Origin: an uncultured Alphaproteobacteria bacterium
Lineage (GTDB): Bacteria; Pseudomonadota; Alphaproteobacteria; RF32; CAG-239
Assembly (NCBI GenBank): GCA_934254915.1
Contig: CAKQMH010000005.1
Coordinates: forward strand, 23,359 to 87,358
Direction: 5' to 3'
Length of the DNA: 64,000 bases
The notes beneath the pieces are model-generated. The model was not told where the DNA came from. It worked only from the letters and a program-made list of their open reading frames with translations, and did not search any database. The position numbers were made by a program, and so were the translations under genes. Below are positions 36,838 to 47,354 of the stretch, piece by piece; position 1 is the stretch's first letter; each line of letters begins with the position of its first letter.

Positions 36838-37422
36838 ATGGGAAAGAAACTTTTATTATTAATTATTTTGCTGCTGACCTGTTTTTTATGCAGCTCGTGT
36901 TCAAATGATGAACCTAATCCTGAGTATGATATTACGGAATTATATGCGCTTGACATGCGCGGACGAGCCTTGGCTTATCCCTTTAAGGCTTATATTTTCC
37001 GCTTATCAGACCAACAATATGTATATGCCTACCGCAATGACATTGATATGGATTTGCATGTCGGCGATCATATTACCGGATTTAAGACTCATCCAACCTG
37101 CAGCAACAACCTCACAAGAGTTGAAATCAGCTCGCGTGGAACCGGTGAAGCCTTGACTGATCAATATCAGGGCTACAAATTTAGTGATTTTTTGTTAGCT
37201 TCATCACCGTATGAAGATGTGATTGCCAAGGTAATTCGTATCAAAATCTTAGATGCGGCGACCTTACCGATTGATAATTATGTTATCATTACGCAAAACA
37301 ATCACATTATTTACGGCAAAGCGGCATTAATCGGTTTTGTTCCGCAAGCAGGACAGCGCATTGTTTATTCCGTATTTCTAGCTTATAAAAGTGAAATAAA
37401 CGAAATTAAACTTTTAAGCTGA
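36838..37422 (+). CDS. Lipoprotein, unknown function
   Basis: Signal/lipobox LLLTCFLCSSCSNDEPNPE. No SD. Divergent from the paralogue pair. Confidence 0.55.
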   Translation: MGKKLLLLIILLLTCFLCSSCSNDEPNPEYDITELYALDMRGRALAYPFKAYIFRLSDQQYVYAYRNDIDMDLHVGDHITGFKTHPTCSNNLTRVEISSRGTGEALTDQYQGYKFSDFLLASSPYEDVIAKVIRIKILDAATLPIDNYVIITQNNHIIYGKAALIGFVPQAGQRIVYSVFLAYKSEINEIKLLS

Positions 37423-37431
37423 AACCATGAA

Positions 37432-37460
37432 AAAACCCGAACTTTGCAGTTCGGGTTTTC
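37432..37460. terminator. Bidirectional terminator between the lipoprotein gene and eno
   Basis: AAAACCCGAACT-TTGC-AGTTCGGGTTTT. Confidence 0.75.
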
Positions 37461-37487
37461 TGGTAATATCAAACTAAAGCTGATAAA

Positions 37488-38849
<1,362 letters not shown>

Positions 38850-38913
38850 TTAACTTGTAAGTAAAATAAAATGCTGTTAAAGTTATAAAAAATTTAATTT
38901 ACGCGAGGATGAA

Positions 38914-39378
38914 ATGTTTTCCGATAAATGGCATCAACGTTTTATGGATGTGGCTGAATTAGTTGCCAGCTGGTCGAAAGATCCGTCGACCAAAACCGGA
39001 GCGGTTGTAGTCGGCCCTGACCGCGAGATACGGGCAACCGGATATAACGGCTTGGTGCGCGGGGTTGATGATGATAAGCCTGAACGCATGGAGCGCCCGA
39101 CCAAATATGATTTTTTTGAACATGCGGAACGCAATGCCATCTATAATGCCTGCTTAACCGGAACATCGTTAAAAGGCTGTGTAATGTATGCGACGCACGC
39201 TCCCTGCACTGACTGCTGTCGGGCTATTATTCAATCAGGCATCAAAATGGTGGTCACCCACGAGGTGAAAATTGATAAATCCACACCGCAGAACACCTGG
39301 CGTGATAAACTCGGTTTTTCGGAACAAATGTTTAAAGAAGCGGGAATTGAAGTTAAATATCTTCCGGCTAAAGAATAA
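38914..39378 (+). CDS. dCMP deaminase-family (ComEB-like) cytidine/deoxycytidylate deaminase
   Basis: HAERNAI ... PCTDCCRAIIQSGI zinc-binding motifs. Confidence 0.85.
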   Translation: MFSDKWHQRFMDVAELVASWSKDPSTKTGAVVVGPDREIRATGYNGLVRGVDDDKPERMERPTKYDFFEHAERNAIYNACLTGTSLKGCVMYATHAPCTDCCRAIIQSGIKMVVTHEVKIDKSTPQNTWRDKLGFSEQMFKEAGIEVKYLPAKE

Positions 39379-39490
39379 CCCCTTTAAATTAACAAGCGGT
39401 TGAATATATAGCAATTAACCGATATATAATTAATAATGGACTTTCGCTGAATTTGTCGGACTTTGGGACTACTTGGTTGAGGAGAAGACA

Positions 39491-40117
39491 ATGAAGATTT
39501 TATTGGCGGACGACCACGCATTATACCGTGAAGGCTTAATTCTGCATCTCAATAAACTTGTACCGCAGGCGCAAATCCTGCAAGCCGCGGATTATGATGA
39601 AGCCGCGGCACAGGTTAAACAAAATCCGGATATCGAATTTGTAATTGCCGATTTGGGGATGCGCAGCCATAATTGGGAAGACGGTTTGCCGGCATTAAGA
39701 AAAATTTTGCCTGACGCCAAAACCATCGTTATTTCAGCCTCCGAAGACAACAATGACATCAAAAAAGCTTTAAGCCTTGGGATTAAAGGTTATTTATCCA
39801 AGCGCTCAGACACCAAAGTTTTAACCGCGGCGCTTAAACTGATTTTTGACGGCGGGACTTATTTTCCACCCTCAATCGTCGAGGTAAACAACTTGTCGTC
39901 TGAGGCCAAAGAACATCATCGCGACAAGCTTCTTACACCCCGCCAAACCGAAGTTTTGAACTATGTTGCGCAAGGTTTATCAAACAAACAAATCGCTTAT
40001 AAAATGAATGTGTCCGAAGCCACCGTAAAACTGCATATCAATGCCCTGCTCCGCGCTTTGGGTGCAACCAACCGTACACAAGCAGTAATTTTGGCCCAAA
40101 AACGCGGATTGGTATAA
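39491..40117 (+). CDS. NarL/FixJ (LuxR-type HTH) response regulator
   Basis: Receiver domain (ILLADDH...IADLGM...) plus the C-terminal segment LTPRQTEVLNYVAQGLSNKQIAYKMNVSEATVKLH. RBS GAGGAG. Confidence 0.85.
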   Translation: MKILLADDHALYREGLILHLNKLVPQAQILQAADYDEAAAQVKQNPDIEFVIADLGMRSHNWEDGLPALRKILPDAKTIVISASEDNNDIKKALSLGIKGYLSKRSDTKVLTAALKLIFDGGTYFPPSIVEVNNLSSEAKEHHRDKLLTPRQTEVLNYVAQGLSNKQIAYKMNVSEATVKLHINALLRALGATNRTQAVILAQKRGLV

Positions 40118-40182
40118 ACCAAACAAATCATCACGCTCTGCCTGCTGATATTTAATATATCTTAACCTTGGGTAACAGAGAT

Positions 40183-40220
40183 AAAAAAAAGCCTTTTCTC
40201 GGTTTAGAGAAAAGGCTTTA
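40183..40220. terminator. Bidirectional terminator between the response-regulator gene and ileS
   Basis: A8 + GCCTTTTCTC-GGTTTA-GAGAAAAGGC + TTT. Confidence 0.75.
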
Positions 40221-40239
40221 GCGGCTAACGTTTCAGGCG

Positions 40240-43200
40240 TTAGGCAACTTTAATCGAGCTGACTTTAGCATCATAAACAATTGATGCTCCTTCAATATCA
40301 GCTTGTGTGCCGCCGGCACAAACCGGAGTGATTTTTACGGCTAAAACCTGCTCAGCGACATAGCTTTGATTTTCGTTCAAGGCCTTGTTCAATTCCGCAT
40401 CGGCAGTTTGGTAGCAAAGTTCAATCCGATCAGAGATATTAAAATCCTTGTCTTTACGCAAAGTCTGAATCAGGCGGACAAAATCGCGAGCCATACCTTC
40501 ACGTTTAAGCTCATCGGTAACAACCGTGTCTAAGGTGACAACCGCTTTATTATCGGCAAATGACTTACCGGCAACGCCGGCTTTCATATCCAAACGAACC
40601 TCAAACAAATCCGGAGTTAAGTTTTTGCCGGCAATATTCAAGGTGCCGTCAGAATTAAGCTGCCACTGTCCTTGTTTATAAGCGGCCATAACCGCCCCCA
40701 TATCTTTGCCCAAAGCTTTACCCAACAGCGGAGTGTAAAGGTAAATGGTTTTGGCGGCATAATTAGACAATTCATTATCAAACTTAACGGCTTTGACATT
40801 AAGTTCGTCTTTTACGATGTCCTGATATTGCGGGGTTAAGGTTGCGCCAATCAAAGTCAGCCCAGCTAACGGCAGACGGTTGCGTAAGTTTTTCTCCTCA
40901 CGGATAAATTTGCCGGTAGAACATAAATCCTGTACAAAATCCATGGTCTCAACCAACTCTTTGTCATAAACAATATTGCCCAATAACGGATAGTCGGTCA
41001 AGTGAACGGATTCACCGTCAGTCAAGGTCTTATAGACATATTCACTGATAAACGGCATTAACGGAGCGACAATTTTGGACACATTAACCAAAACCGTATA
41101 CAGCGTGTCAAAAGCCTGATTGTCGCCTTCCCAAAAACGGTCGCGAGTGCGGCGGATGTACCAGTTGTTTAAGATTTCCATAAAGGAAGCAACTTCATTG
41201 GTCGCCATTGAAACATCATAAGTTTCAAGCCCTTGTTTAACCACATCGCGCAGATGTTTGAGCTTAGACAAGATGTAATTGTCGATAGCTTCCGAAGAGG
41301 TGCTGATTTCCTTAGCTTTATATTCCTCAGCATTAGCATATAAGGTAAAGAAGTAAAAAGCGTTCCATAACGGGATTTGAGCCACACGAGCCGCTTTGGC
41401 AATTTCTTTTCCCTCTTTATCGACGGCAAGATTACCGCCTTTCAAAACCGGTGAAGAAACCAAGAACCAACGCAAAGCATCCGAACCGATATTGTCCAAA
41501 ACCTCATTCGGGTCAGGATAATTTTTCAGGCGTTTAGACAGTTTTTGTCCGCCTTCAGCCATCAACAAACCGGTGCAAATACAATTTTTGAATGCCGGTT
41601 TATTGTGCAGAGCAGTCGACAACACGGTTAACGTATAAAACCAACCACGGGTTTGATCCATGGCCTCAACAATAAAATCAGCCGGAAAATGATTTTCAAA
41701 CCATTCTTTATTTTCGAACGGATAATGCACCTGAGCATACGGCATCGAGCCGCTCTCGAACCAGCAGTCAAAGACGTCGCCGACGCGGCGCATCATCGTT
41801 TTGCCCGACGGATCATCCGGATTAGGATAAACCACATCATCAATATAAGGTTTATGCAAATTGGTTACGGTAATACCGGTTTTGGCTTTGATTTCCGCAA
41901 TTGAACCAAAGACATCTACTCTTGGGAATTGCGGGTTATCAGACTTCCATACCGGAATCGGCGTACCCCAAAAACGGTTACGGGAAATTGACCAATCACG
42001 AGCGCCTTCCAGCCATTTGCCGAAACGTCCGTCTTTAATATGCTCCGGCACCCAGTTAATCTGCTGATTATTTTTAACCATATCATCACGGAAATCGGTT
42101 ACTTTGACAAACCAGCTTGACATAGCTTTATAAATCAGCGGAGTATCAGTACGCCAGCAGAACGGATAGGAGTGGGTGTATTGTTCTTTTTTAACCAACA
42201 GACCTTTTTCTTTCAGCAGCTGCATAATCGGTTCATTAGTTTCAAAAACCTGTTTACCCTGATAATCAGGAACTTCGGCCGTAAATTTGCCGGCTTCGTC
42301 AACCGGACAAACAACCGGAAAGTTTTCATCATAAGCACGGCAGGCGTCAAAGTCGTCCTGACCAAAGCCGGGAGCAATATGGACAACGCCGGTACCGTCT
42401 TCCGTTGATACGAATTCGCCGCTCAAAACTTTGAATGCCCCTTGATTTTTCAGGTGCTTAAAATACGGGAACATCGGCTCATAGCTCAAACCGACCAAGT
42501 CTTTACCTTTGAGTGTTCCAACCTCAACCGCGTTTTCCAATTGTTTTTTGTAACGGCCTTTCAGCGCACTGCCGATAATATATTTATCATTGCCTTCCTG
42601 CATAACAGAATAGTCAATATCATTTCCGACCGCCAACATCAGGTTAGACGGCAATGTCCACGGAGTAGTCGTCCAAACCAAGATTTTCATACCGTTTTCA
42701 AGTGTGAACATAACGGTAATGGCATTATCGGTTTTGTCCTGATAGCCTTGATTAACCTCAAAGTTGGAAAGCGGGGTTTCGGCCGCCCAAGAATACGGCA
42801 AAACACGGTAATCTTCATAAACCAAGCCTTTGTCATAAAGCTGTTTGAAGTTATTGATAACACTTTCCATAAACGGCAGATCCATGGTCTTGTAGTCATG
42901 GTTAAAGTCCACCCAACGGCCGATACGTTTAAACATATCAACCCAAATACCGGAATATTTCAATACATCGGAACGGCAAAAATCATTAAATTTTTCAATT
43001 CCGAATTGTTCAATTTGTTTGCGGCCGGAAACACCTAATTGTTTTTCAGCCGACATTTCGGCCGGAAGCCCGTGACAGTCCCACCCTAAACGGCGTTCAA
43101 CTTTTTTGCCGCACATAGTTTGAAAACGAGCAACCACGTCTTTGACATAAGACACCATAATATGTCCGTAGTGCGGTGTTCCGTTAGCAAACGGAGGACC

Positions 43201-43344
43201 GTCATAAAAAACGAATTCAGCCGCACCATCGCGGTTGTGCACTGATTTTTCAAAAGTGTTGTCCTGCTCCCAAAAACGGAGAATTTCTTTTTCTACTTCG
43301 ACAAAGTCAGGTTTGGCTTTGACCTCGGCATAATGTGTTGTCAT
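40240..43344 (-). CDS. ileS: Isoleucine--tRNA ligase, type 2 (eukaryote-like)
   Basis: HIGH region PPFANGTPHYGHI. KMSKS region KLSKRLKNYPDP. 1034 aa without the C-terminal Zn-finger of type 1. Confidence 0.93.
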   Translation of the reverse strand: MTTHYAEVKAKPDFVEVEKEILRFWEQDNTFEKSVHNRDGAAEFVFYDGPPFANGTPHYGHIMVSYVKDVVARFQTMCGKKVERRLGWDCHGLPAEMSAEKQLGVSGRKQIEQFGIEKFNDFCRSDVLKYSGIWVDMFKRIGRWVDFNHDYKTMDLPFMESVINNFKQLYDKGLVYEDYRVLPYSWAAETPLSNFEVNQGYQDKTDNAITVMFTLENGMKILVWTTTPWTLPSNLMLAVGNDIDYSVMQEGNDKYIIGSALKGRYKKQLENAVEVGTLKGKDLVGLSYEPMFPYFKHLKNQGAFKVLSGEFVSTEDGTGVVHIAPGFGQDDFDACRAYDENFPVVCPVDEAGKFTAEVPDYQGKQVFETNEPIMQLLKEKGLLVKKEQYTHSYPFCWRTDTPLIYKAMSSWFVKVTDFRDDMVKNNQQINWVPEHIKDGRFGKWLEGARDWSISRNRFWGTPIPVWKSDNPQFPRVDVFGSIAEIKAKTGITVTNLHKPYIDDVVYPNPDDPSGKTMMRRVGDVFDCWFESGSMPYAQVHYPFENKEWFENHFPADFIVEAMDQTRGWFYTLTVLSTALHNKPAFKNCICTGLLMAEGGQKLSKRLKNYPDPNEVLDNIGSDALRWFLVSSPVLKGGNLAVDKEGKEIAKAARVAQIPLWNAFYFFTLYANAEEYKAKEISTSSEAIDNYILSKLKHLRDVVKQGLETYDVSMATNEVASFMEILNNWYIRRTRDRFWEGDNQAFDTLYTVLVNVSKIVAPLMPFISEYVYKTLTDGESVHLTDYPLLGNIVYDKELVETMDFVQDLCSTGKFIREEKNLRNRLPLAGLTLIGATLTPQYQDIVKDELNVKAVKFDNELSNYAAKTIYLYTPLLGKALGKDMGAVMAAYKQGQWQLNSDGTLNIAGKNLTPDLFEVRLDMKAGVAGKSFADNKAVVTLDTVVTDELKREGMARDFVRLIQTLRKDKDFNISDRIELCYQTADAELNKALNENQSYVAEQVLAVKITPVCAGGTQADIEGASIVYDAKVSSIKVA

Positions 43345-43576
43345 AAGTGTTTGTCCCTATGTTTCAGATACTGAAAAAAATCAGCATCAAAATATTTGAT
43401 AAAATTTAATGGAAAATCGGTTAAATATGTGCAGCAAAAAAAGATAACATCCCCTTAGGGGATAATACGAAATATAGATATAAATAAGCCGCGCATTTTA
43501 CTACCTTTCAAAATGAAATTCGCTGATAAGATAATACATTGAATCTTCGGAGTCAATATTGTTTGCCTGAAAAGTT

Positions 43577-44680
43577 TTATTTTTCGGGATTGAAAATTTC
43601 GCCGCAAACAATCGGTTCGGGAACGCCGGTGGTTGCCGGATATGAAGCCGGCAGTCCGTGTAAACGCCGCGCCGCCAAAAAAGCAAAGGCCTGCGCCTCA
43701 AAAGCCGATGATTTCCAACCTTCATCTTCCGCCAGTTTGACCTCGACATTTTCTAACTTTTGCCGTAGGAAACGCACCAATGTCGGATTTTGCGCCCCGG
43801 CACCGTAAACGATCAAGACTTCCGGCATTTCCGGCACATATAAGGCCAAAGAATAGGCTACGGTTTCGGCGATAAAAGCCGTAGCGGTAGCCGCGCCGTC
43901 AGCCAGACTTAAGCCTTCAAGATGCTCGAATTTATCTTTGAATAAATCTCGATCCAGAGCCTTGGGCGGCGGCAGAGCCAAATATTTATGCCGCATTAAA
44001 GATGACAAAATATCAGCATGGACTTGGCCGGTAACCGCCAATTTGCCGTTATAATCGGTGTGTTGCCCGCCGTGCTTTTGCACCCAATCATTAAGCGGGG
44101 CAAGCCCAGGGCCGACATCAAAAGCCATAATCTCGCCGTTAACGCCAAGCCAGGTAAGACTGGTGATACCGCCGATATCTAAAAATGCCGCCGGTTTAGT
44201 CAGTCGAGAGCCAAGAGAAGCATGAAAAACCGCCGAAAGCGGCGCTCCCTGCCCGCCGGAACGAATATCGGCATTACGAAAACAGCTGACGACCTTAATG
44301 CCGGTTTGGTTTGCCAAGGCCTGCGCATTGCCCAACTGGCAGGTATAATGCTGTTGCGGCTCATGCAATAAAGTATAACCGTGAAAGCCGATTAAATCAG
44401 GTTTTTCGCCGTAATCAGCCATAATATTTTGCACAATATCCGCATTAAACGCGGTAAATTTTTGTTCAATTTGTTGCAATTTTTCCGGAGCTATATCTTC
44501 ACGTCTTTGCCCCTGCAAAAAGCGCAAACTCTCGCACAAGTCATCATCATAAGGAATATTCAGCGCAACCCCAAAATCAAAAACATCCACGCCATCGCAT
44601 GAAATCACGGCGGCATTAACGCCATCCAGCGAAGAACTGCTCATCAGCCCCAAAACCCGCTGTGTTTTAATTAAATCCAT
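43577..44680 (-). CDS. anmK: Anhydro-N-acetylmuramic acid kinase
   Basis: GLMSSSSLDGVNAAV..., ...NIGGI-type segment LDIGGITSL, and GAGAQNPTLV. Confidence 0.85.
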   Translation of the reverse strand: MDLIKTQRVLGLMSSSSLDGVNAAVISCDGVDVFDFGVALNIPYDDDLCESLRFLQGQRREDIAPEKLQQIEQKFTAFNADIVQNIMADYGEKPDLIGFHGYTLLHEPQQHYTCQLGNAQALANQTGIKVVSCFRNADIRSGGQGAPLSAVFHASLGSRLTKPAAFLDIGGITSLTWLGVNGEIMAFDVGPGLAPLNDWVQKHGGQHTDYNGKLAVTGQVHADILSSLMRHKYLALPPPKALDRDLFKDKFEHLEGLSLADGAATATAFIAETVAYSLALYVPEMPEVLIVYGAGAQNPTLVRFLRQKLENVEVKLAEDEGWKSSAFEAQAFAFLAARRLHGLPASYPATTGVPEPIVCGEIFNPEK

Positions 44681-44765
44681 TATTTAACGTCACTCCTTTA
44701 TTGCATTGTCAAAATTATATGCTAATATGCGTTAAGATTTGGTTATAAATATTAAGGAAGGAAAA

Positions 44766-46016
44766 ATGAGCAAATTTAAATCTCAGTTTGTCAACATTAT
44801 GGTTGAACGCGGTTTTTACAATCAATGCACCAATGAAGAAGGCTTTGACAGTTATTTGTATGAGTGCGAGAAAAGCGGCAAACCGGCGGTTGGCTATCTG
44901 GGATCAGATCCGACCGGAGACAGCCTGCACGTGGGGCATATTGTGCCGTTAATGATGTTGCGCTGGTTTCAAAAATGCGGCCACAAACCCTTGGCGCTGG
45001 TCGGTGGAGCAACAGCGCGAATCGGCGACCCGTCGGGCAAAGATAAACTCCGTCCGTTTTTGAGTGAAGAAACATTAGCGCATAACAGTGCCGGACTGCG
45101 CCGGTCTTTCAGCAAATTTTTAAAATTCGGCAACGGTGCGAATGATGCAGAAATGGTTGACAACTGGGATTGGTTTAAGAATGTCAACTATTTGGAATTT
45201 TTGCGCGATATCGGAACTTTTTATTCGGTTAACCGGATGTTGACCATGGAAAGCGTTAAAGCCCGGTTAGAGCGCGAACAGCCGATGTCATTTCTGGAAT
45301 TTAACTACATGCTGCTGCAAGGATATGATTTTTGCCAGCTTTACCAAAAATACGGCTGCCGCGCCCAAATCGCCGGTTCTGACCAATGGGGCAATATCAC
45401 TTCCGGTACAGAACTCGGACGCCGTAAATATGATGTTGAGTTGTTTGGCTTCACCAGCCCGATTATTACTGACTCGGCCGGCAAAAAAATGGGCAAATCC
45501 GAAGGCAACGCTGTTTGGATTAATGAAGAAAAACTTCCGACTTATGATTATTATCAATATTTCCGCAATATCGGCGACGCCGAAGTCGGTAAATGTCTAC
45601 GGATTTATACGGATTTATCGATGGATGAGATCCGTCGTCTGGAAGCATTGAAAGATCAGGAAATCAACGAAGCGAAAAAGATTTTGGCCTTGGAAGCAAC
45701 CAAGATTTGCCGTGGAAGCGAAGAAGCTCAAAAAGCGCAAGAAACCGCAATTCAATTGTTTGAAAAAGGTGCGGCCGGCGGTGATTTGCCCTGCATTGAA
45801 GCCGCTAATGAAATTGGCGCTTTGGATGCCTTTTTGCAACTTGGTTTTGTGGCCAGCAAAGGTGAAGCCCGCCGTTTAATCAAGCAAGCAGGACTGAAAA
45901 TAAATGATCAAGTTATCACTGATGAAAATTATATCATTAGTGCGAAGGATATGATTGACGGGCAGGTAAAACTTTCGCAAGGCAAGAAAAAACACGGCTT
46001 GCTCAAAATAGCCTAG
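44766..46016 (+). CDS. tyrS: Tyrosine--tRNA ligase
   Basis: HIGH motif SLHVGHIVP, KMSKS motif KKMGKS, and a C-terminal S4-like domain. RBS AAGGAAGG. Confidence 0.92.
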   Translation: MSKFKSQFVNIMVERGFYNQCTNEEGFDSYLYECEKSGKPAVGYLGSDPTGDSLHVGHIVPLMMLRWFQKCGHKPLALVGGATARIGDPSGKDKLRPFLSEETLAHNSAGLRRSFSKFLKFGNGANDAEMVDNWDWFKNVNYLEFLRDIGTFYSVNRMLTMESVKARLEREQPMSFLEFNYMLLQGYDFCQLYQKYGCRAQIAGSDQWGNITSGTELGRRKYDVELFGFTSPIITDSAGKKMGKSEGNAVWINEEKLPTYDYYQYFRNIGDAEVGKCLRIYTDLSMDEIRRLEALKDQEINEAKKILALEATKICRGSEEAQKAQETAIQLFEKGAAGGDLPCIEAANEIGALDAFLQLGFVASKGEARRLIKQAGLKINDQVITDENYIISAKDMIDGQVKLSQGKKKHGLLKIA

Positions 46017-46082
46017 GGTTTAACTTTGGTATATTTGTTGCTATAAACGATTTAATCCGTTTACAGATGAGGAAAAAAATAA

Positions 46083-46724
46083 ATGATGAAGGCATTTAAA
46101 GTCGGAATATCTGCTTTAATCGTCAGCGTTTTTTTAACAGCGACATCACAAGCTTTTCCTATTTTGGAATCTCCTGATAATTTTATTTTTGAAGAATGCC
46201 CGACCGAAATTGAACAAAAATTAAAACTTAACGGTAAATGCTATCTGGCTTGGGTCGGATATCGCGAATTTGCGCTGTGGAATGATGACGGCTTTGGCTG
46301 TGGCAATCAGGGTTGCGGTGTAAGTTTAGTGCGGATTGATGCCCAAGGTAATTTAAAGTTTTTGCCGAAATATGGCGAGTACGTATATCCGGAAGTTACC
46401 GACGGAAGATTTATTTACGGCATAATACACCGACAAACACATATTTATCTTCCGGCACAGCATTTGCCCGTTCCACAAGAAGAAGGACAATATTATCAAC
46501 AATATAACAGTCCTTATGTTATGCTGAAACTTGAAAAGAAATGCTTCACGGATGAAGGTTGTCAGCCTTATAATTATGAACTAAAAAACGGAGAATATGT
46601 CAGAACCAATCCAAGTCTGATGGTAAAATGCCGCAAAATTGATGATATTGCCATCCAATGCGATGATTTTAATTATGATTCACCAAACGAGGCGGCGGAT
46701 TTTCTTGCCGCGTTCACGGAGTAA
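46083..46724 (+). CDS. Secreted two-module Cys-motif protein P1
   Basis: Signal peptide ...LTATSQA. Motifs CGNQGCGVSLVRID and CFTDEGCQPYNYELKNGEY. Confidence 0.55.
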   Translation: MMKAFKVGISALIVSVFLTATSQAFPILESPDNFIFEECPTEIEQKLKLNGKCYLAWVGYREFALWNDDGFGCGNQGCGVSLVRIDAQGNLKFLPKYGEYVYPEVTDGRFIYGIIHRQTHIYLPAQHLPVPQEEGQYYQQYNSPYVMLKLEKKCFTDEGCQPYNYELKNGEYVRTNPSLMVKCRKIDDIAIQCDDFNYDSPNEAADFLAAFTE

Positions 46725-46733
46725 GAAGCAAAA

Positions 46734-47315
46734 ATGAAAAGATATTCGTATTTGATTTCTATGGTTATGATGATGGCAATTTATGCGGCAAAGGCTCAAG
46801 CTTTACCGCAGGGCGTGGTTTCGCAGCCGATGTATTTCAGAGAATGCGGCAACTGGCTGAAAGATGAACTCAAAATCAAAACCACCTGCCTTAAAACTGC
46901 CGCCGGATTTGAACGATTTTTACTTTTGAAGCAAAATCCAACCGATTGCCTGAAAAACAGCTGTGAGGCACAGTTATACTACCATGATAAACATGCGGTG
47001 CTGCACCGGAGAAACGAAAAGCTCAAAGTTAAATGCACCAAAGAACAGGCCAAAGAAATTATAGCTACCTGTTATCCTGATATTGATAACTTTATATTCA
47101 ACCGGCAAAATATTAATGGCCGTAACATTTATACCGCCTATCTTGGTTATAATGCGTATTGGATGATTGAAGACAGCAATAAATGTCTGCAAGAATCAGG
47201 CTGCACGGTTAAACTGTATCGCGAAAAAGCAGGTAAAATGGAATATGACGAAGAGGGAGCGCATTTATATTGCACTCAAGAAACGGATATGACGCTTAAT
47301 TGCAAAGCGAAATAA
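46734..47315 (+). CDS. Secreted two-module Cys-motif protein P2 (distant paralogue of P1)
   Basis: Signal peptide ...YAAKAQA. Motifs CLKNSCEAQLYYHD and CLQESGCTVKLYREKAGKMEY. Confidence 0.55.
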   Translation: MKRYSYLISMVMMMAIYAAKAQALPQGVVSQPMYFRECGNWLKDELKIKTTCLKTAAGFERFLLLKQNPTDCLKNSCEAQLYYHDKHAVLHRRNEKLKVKCTKEQAKEIIATCYPDIDNFIFNRQNINGRNIYTAYLGYNAYWMIEDSNKCLQESGCTVKLYREKAGKMEYDEEGAHLYCTQETDMTLNCKAK

Positions 47316-47316
47316 G

Positions 47317-47350
47317 AAAAAGGCTTAAGTATTAAAACTTAAGCCTTTTT
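47317..47350. terminator. Bidirectional terminator
   Basis: AAAAGGCTTAAGT-ATTAAA-ACTTAAGCCTTTT. Confidence 0.75.
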
Positions 47351-47354
47351 AATT

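Noticed and set aside
36726-36956. 76-aa minus-strand ORF overlapping the lipoprotein gene start
   Set aside because: It has no RBS, overlaps a better-supported signal-peptide ORF and lies in AT-rich sequence prone to spurious ORFs.
42442-43038. 198-aa + strand ORF
   Set aside because: It is antisense to ileS.
43449-43463. Hairpin ATCCCC-TTA-GGGGAT with a T-run on the minus strand; possible anmK terminator
   Set aside because: The stem is only 6 bp and lies about 115 nt from the anmK stop, which is too weak to annotate. No T-box or riboswitch-like structure is evident upstream of ileS.
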